DNA of 63,372 bases, filler included, from Diploschistes diacapsis (Eukaryota): NCBI GenBank assembly GCA_023645945.1. It is 9 parts of 9 records of this genome, joined end to end, with 100 filler letters (N's around TTAATTAATTAA, not from the genome) between each part and the next. Parts side by side here need not be neighbours in the genome. Positions count along the whole stretch, not along the records: positions 35,322 to 42,271 come from JALAIB010001330.1; positions 42,372 to 49,321 come from JALAIB010001331.1; positions 49,422 to 56,353 come from JALAIB010001332.1; 6 more parts are not named here. One strand, given 5' to 3'. Positions 39,604 through 51,584 of this stretch are shown here, piece by piece (within the stretch, counting starts at the first letter, position 1; the number at the start of each line of letters is the position of its first letter). The notes below the pieces were generated by a model. That model did no database searches and was not told where the DNA came from. It saw only the letters and a program-made list of their open reading frames with translations. The position numbers and the translations under genes are program-made.

Positions 39604-40171
39604 GTCTCGAAATTGAAGTATAAAGGCTTGTTGTCAGGGAATAATAACGTCAGGTTTCTGCCTATCCAACCTGCTTATGCATGTGCGGAGAACTGGATTG
39701 AGCAAGAAGAGAACACAAAGAGGTGGCGCTCGAGCTTTATATTGCACATCAGCGTAGCAGTCACTCTTGCAAGTTCGTCTGCAGTAGGCTAAACATAACG
39801 CTGCAGTGTTTTTTGATACGATTTGCATACTGAACGTAGATGGGGAAGAAAATGGGCTGTGCAAAGCTCAAAGACCCTCTGCTACGCTGTCAAGTCGGTT
39901 CTAGGTGTGGGACAAAGCTCACCTGTGCCTTTCTCGTTATCTATCTACGTAAAGTGGTAGTTCAACTTTCTGCATCCTGAAGACTGTCACGTTTTGTACG
40001 CGTTGTTTTTTCTTTTGGTGCTCCGTTCAGAAATGCAGAAACAGGATCTAACTAATTGTACGGCGTACCATTAAAGCCTTTTCCCAGTCTATAAACTATT
40101 CCGTGATAATGTCATCGATCATACAAATTTACATCCGCGTGACTCTCTTTTCGTTCATTGTAATGACTCGT

Positions 40172-41797
40172 TCAAAACCTATAGTCGATTCCGAGGCTCT
40201 TCTCTCTCTTGCGCACAAGCAGGTCGATCTCTGGATTCAGGAATATGAACTCATGTGCCACTGAGTTCGTTGGCCTCCTTCCATCTACAAACTGGAAGTC
40301 GTACTCGTCCAGAAGCTTGACGAGGATGACCTTGGCAACAATGCTCGCAACGAACCTACCGGCGCATGCCCAGCGTCCTGCTCCCCATCTGAAATCTTCT
40401 CCGTATACATTTTTGAACGGCCGGGCAGTGTGATTCGCGAAATCCTCGTTATAGGACCTGAGAGCGTTATACGTTTTTGGATTGTCATGAATCCGAGGGT
40501 CTTTGGAGCGGCAATAGCTGTTGACACAGATGAACTGGCCTTTCTTCAGGGTCACGCCGTTTGAAAGAGTGTAGTCGTCCAGCATGACCCTACTGTATGT
40601 GGTCAAACTCCCCGGGGTGAGTCGGATAGTCTCTTTGAAAGCCGAGTCCAATTTGTGTAGGCTATTAAACGCAGCATGATCCCAAACGCCGTCGGTCTCT
40701 TCGTGTTTCTCTCTAATTTCCGCACGAATCTCCTCGAGGTATTGAGGATGGGCCACGAGATCCAGCAGAACGCTCACGATGAAGTTTGCGGAGCTATAGG
40801 TTCCTCCCGCGCCAAGAGCAGCTAGCAGCTGGGTTAGCATGTATGGGTCTGCCTCCTTTACATCTTTTGCCTCTTCGATCATCCAGGAAAGCAGATCGGA
40901 AGACTGTCGCAGATTCTTCTGCGAGTTGCGTCTCTCCACTTCGGGCACAACAAAAGCTTCGAGTGCTGTGAGACTCTTTCGGAGCCGCCATTTGACTGGT
41001 AATAGCCAGACCAGGATTGGCTGAAGGAACGCCGGGACCATTCTCATTACGAACATCACGGTGAAGACTACCGCGCGAAACGTTAGCTATGCAATCCACT
41101 CTGCACGAGCAGTGAGGCTTCACCAAGCTTTGTGTGCTCGAAGAGCAAACCAATGAGGTCTGAGTTGTCACAGGCAGGGGTGCCAAAAGTAATCAGAGTC
41201 AACGACCGGCTGACACAATAGACAATCTTGTCGATAGGCTTTACGCTGGTCCATGACATTGTCTCCTGAGGGAAGATGTCGTCTATGGTCTGGCCAAGTC
41301 GAGCTTTAATGGGCTTGAGCAGCTCAGGAAGCGCTGGCGAAATCCTCTGTAGCATGGTTTTGACATGCAGATTGGTCTTGAGCACCACCTCCATTCCATT
41401 CAAGTGGCCCGTCATCGAGTACGAGTGGCACAGCCTCGAGTTGATGGTGCTTTGAGGTAGTCGGTTGAGTTCGGCGACAAAGTGCGATGGGACCACGACG
41501 TAGTCCACATCGCCGCGTGCAATTCGATACACTTGGCCATCGTGCTGCTCAATTTTCAGCATTCGGTCTATTTGAGCAGAGTTCCAATACCTTTTCATAT
41601 GCCTCGTCGAGGGTTTGCTCTGAGAAAAAAGTCCAGCGGACTCGAGCAAAGAAGCTGGGCTCAAAAGCGAAAGTCTTATTGAGCATTGGAAGGTTCTCCC
41701 GTCTCTTTAGCAAATTGCGTGTCAAATGCAGTGACACTATCACTAAAAGAAGCAAAAAAGCAAACGTGCCGTGCGGGATGAAGCGGTCAAGCTCCAT
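40172..41797 (-). CDS. Cytochrome P450 monooxygenase, secondary-metabolism type (3 exons)
   Basis: N-terminal membrane anchor, LDSAFKETIR (ExxR), heme motif WGAGRWACAGRF and I-helix LGAGGTYSS. Confidence 0.92.
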
Positions 41798-42271
41798 GCT
41801 AGCTGTCTTCCAAAGCACAATGTCCAGATCCAGGAACAATGGAGCTACAGCATTCTATCCTTCGCAGCAACTACTCCAGCTTTGAATACTCGGAGAGCCT
41901 GCAAGGCAGCAGAGTCTTTACTTTCGAACTGGCTGTGCCTCTCACTCCTCTTCGAGGCCTACGAATTTGGTAATGAATCCATTCATACCTGTAACTTACA
42001 GACACCAAGCTGCAATCTAACGCAGGTGCGAGGTGCAGGTAGGGAACACGGCGGGGACATTCGTTCGGTGCGGCATGGCTATGGGACAGCAGGCTCACTC
42101 ACACACACGGTGTTTGGAGCATTGGGAAGTCATCGTCTCAAGCCTCTAGCCATGCACTTTGAGCAGATCACAGATCACCCTGTTCAGCTGTGCAGGCAGA
42201 GAGACACGGAGGGATCAAAAACGGAAGTTGAGAGCCTTGCGGTCGCCACCAATGCGAGGAGCCCCCAGCCC

Positions 42272-42371
42272 NNNNNNNNNNNNNNNNNNNNNNNNNNNNN
42301 NNNNNNNNNNNNNNNTTAATTAATTAANNNNNNNNNNNNNNNNNNNNNNNNNNNNNNNNNNNNNNNNNNNN
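42272..42371. other. Artificial contig spacer
   Basis: Same 100-nt linker. Confidence 0.99.
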
Positions 42372-42904
42372 CTATTATGAGGGTTTATTTGCCTAGATTT
42401 CATTAAAAATACCAAAAAAATCTTCTTCGACGTTATACTGTCGTTGTGTGACCTTTTTCATCATTTTTCAGTCATTTTAAATGAAGCGAAAACTAGCCGT
42501 TGTATAGCTAAATTATTTAAAATCGTTCGGATTTTTGAGGAAAAAGTTACATAACAACTATATAACGTCAAATAAACCATTTTTGTTATGTTTTTAATGA
42601 AATTTACGTATAAAACCGCTTATAATAGTTCATTTATAAAAAATACTTTTTATGGTGTTATAACAGATTTCGGAATATTTAAAAATCCGTTATTCCGAGT
42701 CGTAATTTTTTATTCGCTTAAAAAAGTTATATGCTGACGTAATCAACGTGCACTTTTTAAATATGATAAAAAATGATCGAAAAACAATATTTTGTAAAAA
42801 AAACAACAATAACGGCTAATTTCGATGGATTTTTAATGATTTAAACTATTTCTTGGCAAAAGTGGCCGGAATCTGGGGGTGGCTGGAATCCCCGTCAAAC
42901 ACGT
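42372..42904. mobile_element. RIP-degraded end of a pogo/Fot1-like DNA transposon; terminal repeat at 42862-42904 followed by TA
   Basis: GTGGCCGGAATCTGGGGGTGGCTGGAATCCCCGTCAAACACGT|TA is the reverse complement of the 35550 motif. AT-rich DNA ends at this point. Confidence 0.75.
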
Positions 42905-43167
42905 TATATCGAATGTGGGGCTATTCTGCCTCACCAACATCCTACGCCGTACGCTAAAATAAATAACTGCAAATATTTCGGTCAGAATAACTGCACCCAA
43001 TCATTGTGGCAACCCGTCCTCATCTTTTAAATACTAGACCTCTGTTGCACTTGTCACAATTTATTGGCTACTTTTCACACGATATCCCGCGTCAGATTCC
43101 CCTACCAGTTTGGACGACAGCTCATGAATATCTTACAACCAACCTCGATTCAAAGTAGGAATCCGCA

Positions 43168-45642
43168 ATGAGTGCTTTTGCTCTAAGACGCAACATAGCG
43201 AAGGCTGGACGTGAAGCTCAAGCAGGATCAAGTCATAAGACTACACCCGAGATGACTGCTCTTGATATTGAGGTTGTCGGTCTGCAGAAGAACCCCCTGG
43301 CTCTGCAACCCAATATGTTGGTTCAGAAGAAAACCCGACGGAACAGAAACGTCAGTGAGAACCAAAAATCTTCCTTGAAAAACGACCTGCCGAAGAATAA
43401 AAAGCGCAGGATGCGCGATGTAGGGTCACCCCCAGGCCAAACAACTCCCTCATTGATGGTGACGTTCACGAACAAGGAGTGCGCTTCCCTTGCGTCGTCT
43501 ACTGGCGAAGAGACCTTAGACATGGAGTCGGCGGCTTCTACGCCGGCGTCCATGGCTGCACAATTTGCCCCGAAATCAAATTATGGGAATGGCCAGGAAC
43601 CGCCTTGTGCGGCAGCAAAATACTTATCCAACCTTGTGGTGAAAGGGGACACCTTTTCCGATCATTCCACTCATTTGGATCTCTCATTGACTGATGGTGA
43701 TGTACTTGTCACTTTCTGTTGCTTTGTGCGGATCGCATCTGATGTACTGCCTCCAGACGGTCACCATACTTGGTCAATATGATATTTGGGTACGCAAAGG
43801 TTGTGCTTCGCTTCTAGGCGCTTTACTACATGCTAGCAGTCGGGTCTACCGAGTCTATGCCCCATCAACGCATGCCCTACCAACGATCAAATATGTCAGA
43901 AATCCCTTTGGACAGCAAAACCAGACGACTCAGCTTTCACTTTACTCCTGTAGTACTGGCATTGATTCGCTCAAGAGGTGCAACCGCAAATTTGATCGTG
44001 TCTGGAATCAGATGAATTCATTCTGTTCGAAGTCTTTTCAAACTGTAAGTTCCCACACGCAAGAACATCCCAGACCAAGTTAGTGACCCAATAGCTCCTT
44101 GGACCCGTTGTGCAAAACAAGGAAATGCCCCTGCTCTCTTTAGGCCTCGACTATGAATGGCAACTCTTAGCAAGTAGATTACTTGACACGAACCCGCAAA
44201 CTCTTCCCGTGATTCTTGTATCCGGTGTAAAAGGCTCTGGAAAGTCAACCTTTACCAAGTTCCTTTGCAATTACTTACTATCTAGGAGGTTTAAGAGCTG
44301 CGGGGTCGCGGTACTTGATCTTGACCCAGGCCAGCCAGAGTACTCACCACCAGGTGATATTTCATTGCTACACCTTAAAACTTTCAACTTGGCACCGCCA
44401 TATTGCCACCCAAGTCTGATAGGAGGCGAAACAGGCAAGAATCTTCGCTCCCACCATCTTGGTAGTTTTACCCCAAGAGGAGAGGCTGTTTACTACGTAC
44501 AGGCGGCGCATGATCTATTTGATCACTACAACAAAACCATTGCCCACCTCGGCTGTCCCCTTGTGATCAACACTTGCGGCTGGATGCAGGGAAGCGGTCT
44601 GGACATTCTCATGACCCTTGTCAAGTCTTTTCATCCCAGTGACATGATTCTCATGAAACCTGAACGCGCGGTGGAGGCTTGCCACGCACTTAAAAAAGTC
44701 TGTGATGGCATAGGGGCGCGTTTCCATCCATTAGATTCTCCATCCGCCGGCGCTTTGACTAAGACATCTGCAGATCTGCGCGAGATGCAGTTTTGTGCGT
44801 ACTTCCATCTATCTAAGCCTGAAGTCGGTTTGTATCAATGGGATCCTCGGCCATTGAATTGTCATCATACCCTGAACCTACCATATGCCGGACCAGAACA
44901 AACTATTGTTGGTATGCTTGTGCTCGGCGATGAGCTCAATTACGATATGCTTGAGGATGCTATTGATGGGACCGTGCTTGCTCTTGTTGCAATTGAAAAT
45001 GCCGATTTTTTCCTCGACGAAGGAGCAATGGACCCCCTATCTAACAATATCCTGAGCTGTGAATACCTAAAGTTTCCGTATGCGACAACGCCTACAATGA
45101 GCCCTGAATTTGCTACAGAAGAGATACGATATGAGCCCAAGTCGATGGGCAAGAGTTCTCGTTATCGTGTATCTCGAAACAAGCATGGTCTGCCATACTT
45201 ATCCACTGGCACTGGGACAAATCCGCCACTGAATCCATCGAAAACATGCTCCCTTGGCCAAGTGTTGGTTAAAGCTATCAATAAAGAGTCCAAGGTGGTA
45301 AGCGTTGTTACCCCAGTCGGACAACAAACCATCCGAAGGTTGCGGGAGTCCGATATTCACCTCGTCCTCGTGAAGGGAAGAATCGGCTTGCCGGGGTGGA
45401 GTTACCTTGAAGATTATTCCGAAGCACGGTTTGCACAGAAAAGTCTCAAGCGATGGCAGAAGTTTGGACGGGAAAACCTATTGGTAGGAGAGCACCGGCA
45501 GAGCGGATTGAATCAAGAAACTGGCATTCCCAGATCGTCAGACGCAATACCCTGGCTTGAACAGGCAAGCTTGAAGTCCAACAGGAAAGGAAGAAATAAG
45601 CTATGGAGGGTTCGAAGGAACCTTACTTCATATACCGAATGA
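43168..45642 (+). CDS. GRC3: Polynucleotide 5'-hydroxyl kinase Grc3/Nol9 (Clp1-like P-loop); 3 exons
   Basis: Walker A GVKGSGKST, LDLDPGQPEYSPPG, LVINTCGW and C-terminal LWRVRRNL; introns at about 43702-43756 and 44046-44094. Confidence 0.9.
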
Positions 45643-46976
45643 CTTCTTCCAAGAGCAAGGCGACTGATTCGTTTTTGGGATTAAGTATGGCTAAATGTAA
45701 GAAATGTCCTACGAGAGGATTATGAATCCTTTGGACGGGCACGGATGGTCGGATGCTCATCTAACCTCCCCAGCTGCTTCCGTCTATACCTAGGTAATAA
45801 TCTTCTTCACCAGTCACTCTCAGTGATAACTTTTATCATGCCAAGGAACATCCGTTGGAGCAACCTTCCTGTACCGAGAGACCAATCTCCCACCGCATGT
45901 GTTGTGCTCGTTAACATTTCGAACAGAGGGTTCAGCGGCAACCAGACTGCATCTCCTAAATCGATTGGTAACAGCGGTTTTGGATCTACATGCACGTTTT
46001 AAGGCAAAGGAAAAATCGAATATACAACAGGAGAGAATCTTAATGTTCGCGACCGAGGCTGCCATAATTCATGGTTCTCTGGGGCCTACCAACCATGTCT
46101 CTGGTTCCGTTAACAGCACGTTGTAGCAATTATTACTGGGTTGGTAGAGATCAGTAATGATGTATCACTCTTCGGTAGGTTCCAAGCATTGTCCCCCGAA
46201 AAGGCGGAAGAGGCTTTGTTCCCAAACTTTCAATAATAATAGCAATATCCAAGTGAGAGTGCAGATTTTCCTGTAGGGTACTAGCAGACTTCAATCCTCG
46301 TCGTGGTTCGCGTCTTGCTCAGTCTTTCCCTTTGTGCTGCGTACATATGTATTACAGTCTTTAAGGAAGCCTGGGAAGCCTGGGGAAGATGGACCCCAAA
46401 TCGTCCGAACGCTATCGTAAGGGACATTGACCATGGACGTTTTGCCCAGGGCATGAAGAATTCAAGAACCATGATGAGAATTGACAACAGAAGCCCAAAC
46501 CCCACCGCCTGCAGCTATAGAGGATTGTCATTTAAATTACTACTCTTTAACATGAGGCAGCTCCAGTAATGCGTTAGTCAGCTAATTCTGGTATCAGGGA
46601 AGCCAGTGCAGGCGTCCCTTCAGTCAACCGAGACTGCGTATTCTCCTCGTGACCGATGTCGACTTGAGTAATTGCAACTTCATTGTTTCCATCAGGTTCA
46701 CGCTGGGACTAGCACTACCATTGTGACTCTTAAAGCTCCCCAGAAGATTCTTGGCCAGGATATAAGATTTTTCAGAGTTTCGACCGTTAGCGAATGTGGC
46801 GGCCTGTTCCAAATCAGGAGCATATTTTCTCTCTTCGCTCCGATTGCTATGAACGCTGTGCCACTGTTCAATCCTTTCGTGGAATGTTAAAACTCGGCGA
46901 TCGTAAGTTCATCTTCCTTAAGCTCACTTCTTCTGCTCCATTCGCCGTCTTCACCAATCCCGCTCTTTCGTTTCGG

Positions 46977-48574
46977 CTAACTATTGCCATGTTGCGTAGT
47001 CCCCACACCCTCGGAAGCTGATGGCCCCATCAGCTCTCTCATAGTTTCTTTCGACATATCAAGTATCTCTCTCATCATTTTAGTAAAATCGGCCTCTTCG
47101 CTGTCAGTGTTCGTATTTGCCGCCGGTGTCCCAGATCCTGAGTCAGAACTTTCCGACATATCATTGTCCATTTCTTCAAGTTCTGTACCGTCGAAACCAG
47201 TGTTGTCATCCTTTGAGAAGTCCTCAAAACGCGACACTAATTCTCTTAAGTTACCATGGGTAGTTTGGTCCCCAAATCCGGCCTCTGTATTCTTTTCTTC
47301 ATTACATCTCCCCGAAAGCTCTCTCTCGAAATCCTCATAGTTGATATCAAGCCATGAATCATCATCTTCGATGGATTTCCATTGTCCAATTTCGGCATCC
47401 GACGGCAACAACAAGTCACCGTTGTCGATATCCTCCAGGATTAGCTCGATTTCCCGAACAGCTTTTAAATCTCGATTTTTTGCACCGGATACGAGCAACT
47501 CGAATCCATAGGTTAGCTTCATCCCAACTTCGACGGCCATTATAAGGGAACCACTGCTGTTTTGGCCTACCACTTGCGTCCAAACACCTGGCGCTTGGAA
47601 TTGTTGGCTTCTAATTTGTGCAAAGCCGACCTTGGAAAAATTGGCGACACATCGTACAGGGTCATTGGGGGGAAATATGAGCTTTTCTATTTGATTTGTC
47701 TGTAATATTTGCAGTTCATCATGATCACAAAGATAGAAAGCCTTAACTGCATCGCTGATCCGAGCAGGGTTTTCATGGAGTATGAGCGCCAGTTTCCGAG
47801 GAATGATAACTTGTGCTCGGTGGAGGTTTTGAGATATCTGTCCAGGGTATTTTTTTAGTCGGTAAAATGCTTCCCTTCGCACGCTCTCGAGGTTCACTAA
47901 GTCTTTGCGGTTATGTTCTATAAACTGAAGGGCTTGTAGTTTAGTCAGTGCTGAGGGTTGTTCCATAGTCTCGAGACTACCCAATCTAGCTCTGGGTATT
48001 ATGTATAAGTCATGGCAATTTATCCAAACCTATTATTGGCGATTAACATCGGCCGCGTATCAGTTGAAAATCAAGACATACTCTGTTTTCTGCAACTTCT
48101 GGGGTGAGCCATTTCGGGATGACATGAGCGGCTTCAATAAGCAGAAATTCACCGTCTGAATCCGAAACTTGACACCAAGCGGTCTTAAAATGCTGGCTCA
48201 ACTCCATCAGCAAGTATACGATAAGCCATTCATCTTCAACCGAGTCCCCAAAGGCTGTCTTGCCATGAAGGAAGCTTCTGCCTGTTGAATGTCAGATTCT
48301 GGTAGGGTAAGGTGATGAACCATTCCGACTAACGGTTTCGATGGCGGAGCTCTAGAGAGAAGCCCTCACAATGCCAGATGTAATCTTGAAGAAGTTTTTG
48401 TTGCAATTCACGACTTGCTGATTGAATCTTCTTCAGAAGCGCTTGATTTCCGGATTCTGCTAGAGTTTCATCCACTACATATACAAAGTACTCCACATAG
48501 TCTTCGGTGTTCTTCCTAGCAATCCAACCATCTGGCTCTACAAAGGCTTGGTAGTGCTGTTCTGCATTCGCCAT
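46977..48574 (-). CDS. Ecdysoneless/SGT1(Ecd)-family protein; 3 exons; C-terminus apparently truncated
   Basis: DYIWHCEGFSL, LHGKTAFGDSVEDEWLIVYLL, DSDGEFLLIEAAHVIPKWLTPEVAENR|VWI, GMKLTYGFE and DDDSWLDINYEDFERELSG. Confidence 0.88.
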
Positions 48575-48769
48575 CGTGTGACATTAAATTGGCCACTGCC
48601 TCCATATATCTCGTTGCGAAAATCGACTGATAAGGTCTATTGGTCAAACGTGATTAGCACATTGAAATGCTAAAGAGGTATGTGTTATTCTGCCTTGTGG
48701 AGCCGCTAGTAAACAATTTTAGTGGTAATCTGGCTTGACCGCCGGGATTGCTGAGGTACATAGATTGGT

Positions 48770-49321
48770 TAATAATTTATATAAAAATTTAAGTTATTTT
48801 ACAATTTATGAGATTTTTAATAGAAATATAATGAATTTAAAGCTATATATACGCGTATATATTAAAAAGGTGGTGTTAAGATTACGTAAAAATTTTAACT
48901 CTCTCTTTTAATTTATCTTGACGGCGTTAAGGCCGTTTCTTATTTCTTTTTTATGTTTTTTTTCCAGCCAGTTTATTCTCCGCGCGACGTTTAAAAGGAC
49001 GTACATCGCAACAGCGGGGGTAGTGCCTAATAGGTAGCAACTATCCCGCTGAGCCAAAAGACTAACCACAATGCTTTCAAGAACCCCGAAGCACTGTTTC
49101 CCTATTACACTATATGTAGGTGCGTGGCTGTGGCAGCAGGGGGACCTGAACCCCGGTGCGCACACTGCGGGTGTTACATATATGAGGCCGTCGCGGATTT
49201 TAGGCAATTCCCGTTGTGCTATAATTTTTTAATCGTAAAAAAGGTTTATAGATCTTATAAAAAATTTAAAAGTATCGTAATTAATAAAGAATCGTTTTTT
49301 AAAGAATTATTTATTTATAAA
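48770..49321. mobile_element. AT-rich repeat debris including a possible ~170-bp solo-LTR-like unit (49007-49178)
   Basis: A GC-normal island ending ...GTGTTACA inside AT-rich DNA; its first ~60 nt recur at 58709-58759 on the - strand. Confidence 0.45.
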
Positions 49322-49421
49322 NNNNNNNNNNNNNNNNNNNNNNNNNNNNNNNNNNNNNNNNNNNNTTAATTAATTAANNNNNNNNNNNNNNNNNNNNNNN
49401 NNNNNNNNNNNNNNNNNNNNN
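49322..49421. other. Artificial contig spacer
   Basis: Same 100-nt linker. Confidence 0.99.
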
Positions 49422-49672
49422 GGTTCCTGACTTGCCAGGGCCCCTTCATGATCTTGTCGAGGTACTCGCATCTCGGCCCTACGATCATACGGTGCACGGG
49501 GAACTCTTGGTCTTCGCAAATGAGAGTGAAATCGGTGTGCTCGTTTCCGCTTTTCCTGTCTCTGCGGTGAGTTAGCAAGTTGTTTGCATACAAGGTCCGC
49601 GTTACGCCACTGATTCAACCAAGCCAAGATGCTCGTATCCGGCGAGATACCGCCCTCTGGAGACCCGGTCAT
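49422..49672 (-). CDS. BTB/POZ domain protein, 5' fragment (runs off contig)
   Basis: TDFTLICEDQEFPVHRMIVGPRCEYLDKIMKGPWQ fits a BTB N-terminus; the preceding intron ends GCTAAC...CAG. Confidence 0.75.
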
Positions 49673-49907
49673 GATGTGGTTATGTCCCGATAGACGTCCA
49701 AAGGTAAGAAGGGAGTCCAGCGATCTTGTAGCAAGATCATGTAAAGATCGTCCAAGACAAGTTGTTAAAGTGGATAGGAGGTAATTGTAAGAGTGATCGA
49801 GTTGAAACGTAGGTCTTAATATTCTCTTGAACAACTGCCCCTCTCTCAACCATCTAGTGTTCGCTTGACAAAAGAAAGAAGTCTCACCCTTGGCTTACAA
49901 TCACCTT

Positions 49908-50920
49908 TCAGCATCCCCAAGCGACCCCCTGAGCGACAAAACATTTCTCCTCGACCGGCTCACTTAAATCCAGTCCACTCTTCGCCGCCCACTCCCTCAC
50001 CCTTACCTTACTAACCCCGACCCTATCCGTCTTGGACATCACCTCGCAGACCCCCATCTCCTTCAACGCGGCCACGGCATCCTCCACCACCATCGCACAT
50101 CTCCCCGCCAGCTCCGCCAGCTCCAGGCTACTCTTGCTCCTCGTCCTCAGCACCTCCCTCGCGACCCTCGCCTGCCAGAACCTGAGATAACTCTTCCTCC
50201 CCAATTCGCTCAGCGGCTTTTCCGGCCCGCCTACCCTGCCTTCCCTTTTGCTCAGCTCGTAGCTCACCCCCATGAGTATCTTGCCCAGCCCTTGGCGCTG
50301 CCAGGGAGGGAAGACGAGGATGCAGGCGAGGTTGTTGTTGTCCCACGACATTTTCTCTTTGCTGAAGAAGCCGACGGGGTACGGAAACGCGGGGCCGGAG
50401 GAGGCGGGCGTGGGGTGGCGCATGAGGAGGTAGTAGTTGAAGCCGAGCACGTCGAAGAAGACGGACTTGTTGTCGAGGAAGAGCTTTGCGAAGAGGGAGA
50501 GGTTCTGCGCAAAGATCTTGTGCTGCTCGCCGTCGACCTCGTGGACCGAGAAGGGCGCCTTGGCATAGATCTTTTCGCCGGGCGGGTGTGAGGCTACATC
50601 GCAATGCTTCTGTAATCAGGCCATCAGTGAATGGTCCCGCCGTCGCCCAGCTCCCATCGCAGTAGCGAGAATAAGGAAGTAAGGCATACCGTGTGCGCTA
50701 GGTAAAGCCCCACGTCCTTCGCATACTTGAAGCACCATTGGCAGATGTAAAGCCTTTCCGTCTCGGGTCCTGCGAGCTCCTCGGGGTAGAAAGAAGGATA
50801 CCACGCCTTGAACAGCGTCTCGCCTAGCACGACGCTCTGCACGCTGCGAAGAGGTGCCACTGCGGAGCTGGTAGCCCTCGGCGTGGGCTTCTCCGGGAGG
50901 TTCCCGGAGGAATGCGGCAT
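49908..50920 (-). CDS. SAS2: MYST-family histone acetyltransferase, Sas2-like (no chromodomain); 2 exons
   Basis: WYPSFYP, zinc finger LYICQWCFKY, EVDG, QNLSLFAKLFLDNKSVFFDV, VGFFSKEK, NNLACILVFPPWQRQGLG and GGPEKPLSELG. Confidence 0.9.
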
Positions 50921-51584
50921 TCTGGCGACCAGGCCGGGTAGAAGCTTCCTTCACCGTAAGAGCCCCGCGCTGACCGTGAATCGCATGATGCAGGAGATTT
51001 GCAAGAACGGAGCGACAAGGGTGTTTTGTTCATGCGTCGCACCGTCGCAAAGTCTGTTATGGGGTTTGTCTGCGATGAAACTGGAGTTGGGAGGTTAGGC
51101 GCGCGCTGCTGCGGGGACGCGCATGAATTCACCAAGGATGCCAAGATCCAAACTAGCCGGAAGGATCATGCGAGAGATAACATCAGGGTCAGAAGGCAAA
51201 GCACAGCACGAGAACAAGTTTAGCATATCGATCAACATTGAACCCCAAGCTGCTTGCTCTCTATCAACTCCTGTAAAGATCTGATGCAGTATGCCATCGG
51301 TGCCCATAAAAAACGTGGTCGTGGATCGCTATACCCGAGCGCCGATCTCTCCAGTAAATACAGCCGTGCTAGTATCGTACAGGGAAAAGGCACCGTCCAA
51401 GCCTTCTGGCGCACGATCTTCCCTCCTCACCACTACTTCCTTCCCGCTCTAAAGACGCCATAGCCCTGATACTCCTACCATGATCGTCTCACTGCTCTCC
51501 GCTTTTTGGTGGCAGTGCACCCAGCTTTGCCTAATGAGTGGTCCAAGATTAGAACCGAACGAGAGACAAAACGTTTAGAAACGC

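Noticed and set aside
7081..41797. PKS, P450s and Zn2Cys6 factors as one gene cluster
   Set aside because: They lie on different contigs ordered only by length.
45745..46570. Short ORFs between GRC3 and the Ecd-like gene
   Set aside because: No recognisable motif or consistent splice model.
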